From Basidiobolus meristosporus CBS 931.73 (lineage: Eukaryota; Fungi; Basidiobolomycota): a stretch of DNA of 64,000 bases. Each line of letters starts with the position of its first letter. Position 1 is the first letter of the stretch. Made by a program: the position numbers and the translations under genes. Shown here piece after piece: positions 56,085 to 64,000 of this stretch. The stretch lies in NCBI GenBank assembly GCA_002104905.1, contig MCFE01000230.1:57428-121427 (forward strand), read 5' to 3'. The notes under the pieces are model-generated. The model was not told where the DNA came from and made no database searches. It saw only the letters and a program-made list of their open reading frames with translations.

Positions 56085-56715
56085 CGTGGTACAAAAGTGC
56101 TTTTATTTTTCATCATGATAGTTTTACATGAGTTCCTAACGCACTTTGAAAGTACACAGTAGCCATACCCCAACAGGTTTTAAGGATATCCACTAGCTAC
56201 ATCTACTTGTGTCTAACAAGAGCCATCAATCATCAGCCGCGCAATACTGAAATGCTTTTATTTTTCATCATACTAGTTTTGTATGAATCCCTAACACACT
56301 TTCATAGTGCATGGTAACCATACCCCAACAGGTTTTAAGGATACCCACTTGCTGCGTTTACTTGTGTCTAGTGGGAGTCATCAATCATCAGCCACGCGGT
56401 AATAAAGTGCTTTTATTTTTCATCACAATAGTTTTACATGAGTCCCTAACACACTTTCATAGTGCACAGTAACCATACCCCAACAGGTTTTAAAGATACC
56501 CACTTGCTACATTTACTTGTGTCTAGCAGGAGTCATCAATCATCAGCCACACGGTAATAAAGTGCTTTTATTTTTCATCACAATAGTTTTACATGAGTCC
56601 CTAACACACTTTCATAGTGCATGGTAACCATACCCCCAGAAAGTAGTGTAGATGCTTACTTTAAACGCTCACTTGTGTATTGTAGGGACTATCAACAAAC
56701 AGCCGCGTGGGAATG
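56085..56715. repeat. 155-bp tandem repeat, about 4 diverged units
   Basis: GCTTTTATTTTTCATCA recurs at 56099, 56254, 56409 and 56564. Confidence 0.9.
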
Positions 56716-57077
56716 GAACATCATAGAAAAGCATTGCTTTGTTGTTAGCAAGTATTGATGTGCAAATATTGGTACAATGTGAATTATTGAGTAACTATTT
56801 ACTTTAGTTGGCTCCAAGATATTCCTAGACAATATGCTCAAAATCAATATTAGCATCAATAGCTTGCTCTTTGATCACTAAATCACTGCACCCAATATGT
56901 GGTAGCCTTGGTTTTGTCTAGCCATTGAGGAATGAAACCAGAGTACAGTCACAAGAGAGGCAAAGTTGAAATGTGATGAAGTAAGTGTATTTGAAAGTAA
57001 TATAAATCTACAGGACAGAAGAGAACAACTAGTAGTTAAACAGCACTCACTGACACTCCACCAAGTAGAGCACCAAC

Positions 57078-57557
57078 ATGGACAATAAACAAGCCATGAG
57101 GGGAAAGCTTAAGGACCGCTACTTGGGGATCAAGACCAAAAGAGGAAGCTGCCTCTACCATAGCAGTCCTTGCGCTCCAAAGGAAGACCAAGAGTCTACT
57201 ATAAACAAAGATTGCGGCAAGAAGAGCAGTACAATTACCAGTTCTGGTAGTGGTACCTTTGGAAGTCCCAAATACCTGGAGAAAACTTGGAAAAAACTGG
57301 CAGATGACTCAGTTGTTCTGAGGAGAAAACAAACCAATGCAATTGAGCAGTTCCAAAACAAACTTCAGCTTAGTTCTTCTTTGCCTCACTATAAAGTACT
57401 CCAAGTGGCTAATTTGGATTATAAGCGTATGAAGGAGAATCAGGCAGAGACTGATAAATTAAGTGATAGTCAATTGCATCACTTCTTAGATCAGGTAGAG
57501 AAACAGTTACACAGCCAAGAGACGGAACAAGAATTGACAATTACAGAAACCAAATAA
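57078..57557 (+). CDS. hypothetical 159-aa ORF, probably repeat-associated
   Basis: ATG-started ORF with helical C-terminus followed by several AATAAA. CpG-poor context, no recognisable domain. Confidence 0.4.
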   Translation: MDNKQAMRGKLKDRYLGIKTKRGSCLYHSSPCAPKEDQESTINKDCGKKSSTITSSGSGTFGSPKYLEKTWKKLADDSVVLRRKQTNAIEQFQNKLQLSSSLPHYKVLQVANLDYKRMKENQAETDKLSDSQLHHFLDQVEKQLHSQETEQELTITETK

Positions 57558-57957
57558 TTTTGCCAATGTAGTTTTGCATTTTAATAAAATAAAAGGGTGT
57601 TAATAAGAACAGAATAAAGTTAACTTATGTGTACATCAAATGATTCAAATAATGGCTAGATGGATGTTATGTAAGAGCAAGAAGCTCAGTAACCTCAAAG
57701 GAAAGATATGATGAATGGGCCACTGACACCATCCAAATGAGTATAAAAGTGGAGAAAGTAGAGATAATCCTTCATAAAAAACAAGAAGCATTGAAGCAGG
57801 CAGTAGCCGGGTAGATGCCAGGAGTGAAGGTAGAGTACAAAGAGAGCAAGGAAGGGGACAAGGATGCTGAAGAGGACGTGGAACCAGGCGTGGAAGAGGA
57901 AGAGGGCAAGGAAGTGGCCAAATCCAAGAGGAGCGTGAAGGAGGTGTTGCAGCAAAC

Positions 57958-58575
57958 ATGAATGATGCTGAGCAAGTTGCTGTAGTCACTACCAGGTGGC
58001 CAGTCAACCAAGTTTCCCAAGCATTGTCAGAGGTTCAACAAGAGCTTCCAGAATATAGGACAACATTGCACCATGAGATATTGCAACATATGTGCCAGGA
58101 GATTAAGCAGAGGAGGGGTGATATTGTAAAGCTAAATTGGGATATTGCTGGACTTCAAGCCCAGATTGATTTCAGTTTCCACCATTCTACTGAGGCATTA
58201 GTGGCACAAATGGTGGAAAAGTTTGCCTGCATCAGGGCAAGTGATGAGCAGGGTGCATCTTCCAACCCAGGTGTACTTGCGAGCAACAGTATTGGAGGGG
58301 ATACTACTTCCTCCCTTGAACCTACCACAAGCCAAGAGACAAGAGCAGAATCCTCCACAACAATGAGAATGGCCACCATGCAGGCTGATATGGAAGTGTG
58401 CAAAGAAGACGTGGAGAAGCAGAGTGGGGATACTATAGGCCAACCAGAAACTGTAATGGAGGTGGAGAGACCAAGTCATATTGTCATCTTAAAAATACCA
58501 CAGGTTGATTCATTGCTATCACTTCCCCCATCATCACTATCTGTGCCCCCATCACCACCACCATCCTCTGGCTAA
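57958..58575 (+). CDS. hypothetical ORF (coiled-coil, S/P-rich tail), probably decayed
   Basis: 205-aa ORF preceded by a broken RGRG-rich frame. No recognisable domain. Confidence 0.35.
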   Translation: MNDAEQVAVVTTRWPVNQVSQALSEVQQELPEYRTTLHHEILQHMCQEIKQRRGDIVKLNWDIAGLQAQIDFSFHHSTEALVAQMVEKFACIRASDEQGASSNPGVLASNSIGGDTTSSLEPTTSQETRAESSTTMRMATMQADMEVCKEDVEKQSGDTIGQPETVMEVERPSHIVILKIPQVDSLLSLPPSSLSVPPSPPPSSG

Positions 58576-59443
58576 CTTGAGTAAATAAAGAATTTCCACC
58601 ATCCCAAATCAATGAATTGACAAGTAATAAGTTGAACTGATAAGATTGACAATTTACAGACTAATATATGTAAAGTATGTAGTACTTAAGAGCTTTCAAG
58701 TTGTGGTGTATTATCAAGTATTCACCATCACATAAATCACACAGCAGTTGTTGTATCCCTATCCCAATGGCATCAGAAGCCAGCAGTTAAAAGGAGCATT
58801 GGAAAAATCTTGGCGTTTACCTGGCAACGGTGGCAGGTGTAACAAAACACAGCTATTGCTTGATGACCATTACCCCGTCTATGAGATACTTGCTATTATA
58901 TGGAGCACTTTCAAGACAGCAAAATATCCCCACCTTATGATGAGCAAAGAGCTGAAGAAACATCCGGCCATGGAATACTCTATGAGCCCAGCTCAAAGGT
59001 TCAAATGATTCACCTTGCAGATCTACACGATGATGAAGACATCACAGTGACAGTTCTCCCAACTCTAGACAACATATCATCTACAGAGGCAGCCAAAGGG
59101 GTGATTTTAATTGGCAACAGCTGTGCTAGTGACCACAAGAATCTCAACATATATGGTGGTTTTGAGCTGAGCCGTAGAGAATACTCAGGGCAACATGAAA
59201 GTGCCAAAAAACGGGGGAAAAAAGTGATACAAAGCAAGAGTGGGGAGACAATCAATAGAAGACTGAGCAAGCTGGAGGTAATCACATACAAAGATGGCAA
59301 TGGATGCTCCGGGGTATTGGAGACAAGGCCATTTTTGAATAATCCGGCAAATATGCCTTCAGCAAGAGGTTGGGCAGTTCTTACATACGCATTTGATTGC
59401 TTATTCTTGCTGGGAGGTGTAGTGGGGTGACAGTGACACCCAA

Positions 59444-60244
59444 TGACAGATGTGCTCATTCCCTTATTTTCTACTTTCCTATATCTCTACTACACTTATT
59501 TTAGTTTTATCCTATTTGTCTTACCCAATCAGTACTATCCCATAAGCCAGTTGACTATCACACCTGCTTACCTTATTGCATAAGTTACCCCTCACTTTAT
59601 GTAAGATTACTAGCTATAAGTACTTCTATATTAGGCAAGTACCCACGCCAGTACCTGTGACACATGATCAACCCGTGTCACCATCCCTACCATTTCCATA
59701 CCATATATGGTATTCCCATGTTACACAGGTTTCAAAATACTGATTCCTGATTGGTTGGATGTGCTGTGCCTCTTAGAACCTTCTGGCACCTACTTAGAGC
59801 ATTCTTGAGTCATTCTGATGTCATTAAGAATTCTATTGATATCCAGAACCTTCTGGAACACCATAATTAGTAATCACTTAGCCAGTAAGAAAAGTATATA
59901 AGGGAGGCTATCCCTCAACAATAAATCATCATCCCTTTTATCAATATACCAACTTGTTGATTAGTGTGATCACTGCTACCTGCTGCTACCTGAACTTCCA
60001 ACCCTAGACCACAGGACACTCCCAGGAAACCATGCTGACAGCCAACTGACCTTGGAGGCACTACTTGTGAGGAATACTCAGAGTAGGTATCTTTTATTAT
60101 ATTTGGTTCTTTCCCAAGTTTGTTCTTATACAGGCAAAGATACTTTTCTGTCTTTGTAACTATTGACCACCACTGCATTCTTATCAAGTCCCTGCTGGTG
60201 GAGTTTACAGTTGTTTTGACTTTGGAAGCTTTGGTACATTGTCA
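59444..60244. mobile_element. LTR-like solo element
   Basis: TGACAGATGT...ACATTGTCA termini, internal TATATAA and AATAAA, and CATATATGG/CACATGATC motifs as in the family B LTR. Flanks CCCAA/(T)CTCAA are an imperfect TSD. Confidence 0.4.
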
Positions 60245-60394
60245 TCTCAAAGGACGCTGAACCCAGCACATACTTTTGTTAAGACGCCAACTAAGTTGGG
60301 GATTGTAGCTCAATAGTTTTCCCTTGACAAGCTTGTGGCTTTATTCCCCTTCACATTAGATTAGAGACAGAACCCAAGTATTCCTAGCAAGCTT

Positions 60395-61290
60395 TTGCCA
60401 GAGGTTATTGCACCCAGTGAACACCCCACACACAAAACACTTGAGAAGTGTTGGACATATCTCTCCCTTGGACCTATACACCACCACAGCGGCTATCCTA
60501 CACCATCAGAACTACCTTATACCCAACCAAATGGGAGTTTTTTAAACAAGTTCTACTGTTTAAAATTGCAAACTGGTGATTGGGAAAGACAATATGTACA
60601 CTCAGCAATACAGGAGCTTGGAGAAAACTTTGTTGCTGTGGTAAACAAGTATGGCAACCAAATCCAGTACATCAACAATGCGAATGTTACATTCACCTAT
60701 GATGTTGATAATCAGATCTGGATTTACCCTCCCAATCCAAGTCAGGAAGAAATGAGTACAAAGCAGCTACTAGGGCACATTCTTAATGAATTGGCAGCAA
60801 TCTCTCAGCAGCACAAGAGGGAAGGCAGAGGAAGTGCTGAGACTGATAATATCTTGCAGCATAGTGCCCATGGTCTTACTGTCCCACTTAAGAACCATCA
60901 AGCATTTGGTGTACAATGGCTGATGTATACAGAGGCCATCCATAAGGGAGCATTGCTTGCCAATTCCATGGGACTTGGAAAGACATTGCAGATATTAAGT
61001 CTCATATTGGAGACACCTGAGCAAAGGCAAATCTTATTGTGGTCATGCTTGGAATACTTCTCAATTGGGTGATGGAGATAAATACAAAAACAAGGATATC
61101 CAATGAAGAGCTTCATGTATTTCATGGAAAATTCCAAGCTATCAAGAAGTCAGATATGGAGACTAAGAGGATCGTGCTCACCACCTACCACACACTATGT
61201 GTTGAAGCAAGGAACCCTGATTTACCTATATGGAATGTGAAATTTGGCCAAATAGTGGCCAATGAGGCAGATACACTTAAGAACTACAAA
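60395..61290 (+). pseudogene. truncated SNF2-family (Rad5/Rad16-like) helicase
   Basis: HQAFGVQWLM, motif I LLANSMGLGKTLQILSLIL, IVLTTYHTL and motif II IVANEADTLKN. Frameshift near 61050, catalytic D>N changes, ends at the retroelement junction. Confidence 0.85.
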
Positions 61291-62237
61291 GGTGGTAGGG
61301 GGATGATCATCACCAAAGGGTGAAATCTTTATTTAAATAATAAATAAAGAAGCCAAGTTTGAATATGAATAGCTGAGATGCAGGAAGCCTACAAGATAAA
61401 CTTGGACTTTGCTGTATCCCAAATATCCTCAATATCAAAGTCTAGAGGAGAGTGTAGCAAGACTGCTTGCTCACTGTAGTATTTCTTGAGGAAGTTTATG
61501 ACTTGAAGGGAAGGAGAGTTTTTCAACAAGCTGGTAAATCTTTTGAGGAGTTCTTTTTCCAGAGAGAATGGCACAAAGTGTGGAATGTCCAAATGATGTC
61601 TGAATATATGCTCTGAGAGCTCCCAATCCAGCATATTTTTGACTTCTTCTGTAAAATCTTCAACAATATCTTTGTCAAGAATAACTTCCAAGAGATCTCT
61701 GGCAATGTACTGAATGTTAATAATCTTAGGCATATGAATACCTAGGTCCTTGAGGTAGTTTCTTTGTTCTGATACTGGGAGATATCCTGCATTTCTGAAA
61801 TAGCAAACAGCCCAGTTGGCAGTAGGAGGGGTATCAGGGCTGACAGGGAATCTTCTTCTGGCTTTAGAGTGCACTGGCTTAGGAGACTGTCTTGATGGAA
61901 GGGCAGCTGGTTTTGGATGAGCTTGAAGTGCTTGGGAGTAGGTCTGAGCACAAGTAGTAGAAGTTCCTGGTTGCTGAGAATTTTCAGATTGACTGGATGA
62001 AGAGCTAATTGAGGGGTTGCAAGGTAAGGAAGAAGCTGAAAGAGAAGTGGAGAGGGCTGGGTGAAGTTCAGAAAGAGTTTTGAAAAGAATTTGGATCTGA
62101 GATTTCAACATTGAGTTTTCAGCTTCAAGAAGAGAAACTCTTTGTTCAAGGTAAGAAGTCTGTAAAGAGTGAAAGTTGGGTAAAGACATGGAAGTAGTAA
62201 ATTAGAAGAAAGGAGTAGTTGGGGTGGGAGGGTGGGA
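61291..62237 (-). mobile_element. ORF1-only telomere-proximal element; intact 266-aa gag-like ORF at 61389-62189
   Basis: Coiled-coil N-terminus, TYSQAL motif and YFRNAGYLPVSEQRNYLKDLGIHMPKIINIQYIARDLLEVIL, resembling fungal non-LTR ORF1. 3' end 61291-61356 is homologous to 63271-63333. Confidence 0.7.
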
Positions 62238-63265
62238 AAATAGGTAAGAAGAAAAGAGAGGAAAGATCTGAAATTGAAAATCTCAGAATTTATAGATGGA
62301 TGGACAAGGGTAGAGGATTGATTAATCCAGGGTTAGGGAAAAATAGGTAAGAAGAAAAGAGAGGAAAGATCTGAAATTGAAAATCTCAGAATTTATAGAT
62401 GGATGGACAAGGGTAGAGGATTGATTAATCCAGGGTTAGGGAAAAATAGGTAAGAAGAAAAGAGAGGAAAGATCTGAAATTGAAAATCTCAGAATTTATA
62501 GATGGATGGACAAGGGTAGAGGATTGATTAATCCAGGGTTAGGGAAAAATAGGTAAGAAGAAAAGAGAGGAAAGATCTGAAATTGAAAATCTCAGAATTT
62601 ATAGATGGATGGACAAGGGTAGAGGATTGATTAATCCAGGGTTAGGGAAAAATAGGTAAGAAGAAAAGAGAGGAAAGATCTGAAATTGAAAATCTCAGAA
62701 TTTATAGATGGATGGACAAGGGTAGAGGATTGATTAATCCAGGGTTAGGGAAAAATAGGTAAGAAGAAAAGAGAGGAAAGATCTGAAATTGAAAATCTCA
62801 GAATTTATAGATGGATGGACAAGGGTAGAGGATTGATTAATCCAGGGTTAGGGAAAAATAGGTAAGAAGAAAAGAGAGGAAAGATCTGAAATTGAAAATC
62901 TCAGAATTTATAGATGGATGGACAAGGGTAGAGGATTGATTAATCCAGGGTTAGGGAAAAATAGGTAAGAAGAAAAGAGAGGAAAGATCTGAAATTGAAA
63001 ATCTCAGAATTTATAGATGGATGGACAAGGGTAGAGGATTGATTAATCCAGGGTTAGGGAAAAATAGGTAAGAAGAAAAGAGAGGAAAGATCTGAAATTG
63101 AAAATCTCAGAATTTATAGATGGATGGACAAGGGTAGAGGATTGATTAATCCAGGGTTAGGGAAAAATAGGTAAGAAGAAAAGAGAGGAAAGATCTGAAA
63201 TTGAAAATCTCAGAATTTATAGATGGATGGACAAGGGTAGAGGATTGATTAATCCAGGGTTAGGG
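62238..63265. repeat. ten apparently identical 103-bp tandem repeats, each containing GGGTTAGGG
   Basis: Unit starts at 62238, 62341, 62444 ... 63165. No spacer variation seen. Confidence 0.97.
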
Positions 63266-63270
63266 TAGGA

Positions 63271-63794
63271 GGGTTAGGGGGGAGACAGTCACCAACAGGT
63301 GAAATCTTTATTTCAGTTGAAACAAAGAAGCCAGCGCTACTGTTGTAGCTTTGATACAAGAGTGTGTAGCTGAGGGGAATTTGTAGGTAAGTTAATAAGA
63401 AGTGATGATAGTTCTTCAGTGCTCAAGACACTGTTCAGTGGGAATGGGGGTAGCAAGAGAGGTAAGAATGACTTGTGAACAACATTAATGAGGGGAATGT
63501 GATAAGGATTGATATTCATCATAAAGGGAGTGTGCTGCTGCAGATATTGCTGCCAAAGGTCTGTCAAGTACTTCAGGTAGGCCAGCTTGGGTTTTTCTGA
63601 CTGCAGAATAAATTCTGCAAACTTCTTGACTTCAGGATCTCCAAGTATAGTTCTCCAGCAGGAGCCAGGTGTTGTGTGGTGTGTTCTCTTCCAGGCCTTA
63701 ATCAGTGGGTTGTTGCAGTGGTGAAGTCTGAGATATAATCTGGTTCTAAGGTAGAGAAGTCTGATCTTATAGGGCATAAACCCAAAAGCACCAC
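63271..63794 (-). mobile_element. 5'-truncated terminal retroelement fragment (likely RT C-terminus, ORF 63337-63777)
   Basis: MPYKIRLLYLRTRLYLRL...NPL. 3' end GACTGTCTCCCCCCTAACCC and 5' end joined directly to telomere repeats. Two internal homologues. Confidence 0.75.
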
Positions 63795-64000
63795 TTAGGG
63801 TTAGGGTTAGGGTTAGGGTTAGGGTTAGGGTTAGGGTTAGGGTTAGGGTTAGGGTTAGGGTTAGGGTTAGGGTTAGGGTTAGGGTTAGGTAGGTTAGGGT
63901 TAGGGTTAGGGTTAGGGTTAGGGTTAGGGTTAGGGTTAGGGTTAGGGTTAGGGTTAGGGTTAGGGTTAGGGTTAGGGTTAGGGTTAGGGTTAGGGTTTAG
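63795..64000 (+). repeat. telomere (TTAGGG)n
   Basis: About 34 units to the window end, with one variant stretch TTAGGTAGG near 63885-63893. Confidence 0.99.

Noticed and set aside
62238-63265. CRISPR-like array
   Set aside because: Units are identical end to end with no unique spacers, the context is eukaryotic, and there are no cas genes.
55700-63794. RecQ-type telomere-linked helicase
   Set aside because: The only helicase motifs present are SNF2-type.

Overview
The window is the right end of a fungal chromosome, ending in about 34 TTAGGG repeats at 63795-64000. Short spliceosomal introns, the gene set and the telomere repeat point to an early-diverging (Zoopagomycota/Mucoromycota-like) fungus; the taxon is an inference. 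It has three zones. (1) 1-4550 is an AT-rich, CpG-poor pile of nested Ty1/copia remnants and solo LTRs with readable TSDs and two inverted-LTR palindromes. (2) 4900-47330 is a dense island of 20 intron-containing genes: HbrB/Bit61-like, GPI-type secreted protein, C2H2 TF, BCAS3-like, F-box/LRR, Pro/Thr-rich membrane protein, SPO11, glutathione reductase, ATP19, cornichon/ERV14, a small hypothetical, RPL28, ATG9, SWP1, CCZ1, RUN-FYVE, CSN1, Pho4-like bHLH, CSC1/OSCA and RmlD/MAT2B-like. (3) 47500-64000 is subtelomere. It holds a tandem birth-and-death array of 56-aa secreted prepro-peptide genes with a CC-x4-C-x6-CC-x4-C framework: two intact, four decayed and one truncated, four of them preceded by a conserved module that may be a decayed divergent partner gene. 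It also holds relics of a telomere-attached retroelement, a 155-bp satellite, a broken SNF2 helicase, an intact ORF1-only element sharing the retroelement's 3' end, ten perfect 103-bp repeats each carrying GGGTTAGGG, and a 5'-truncated retroelement fragment capped directly by the telomere. Gene models were assembled by eye and family names come from motif recognition, not database searches.
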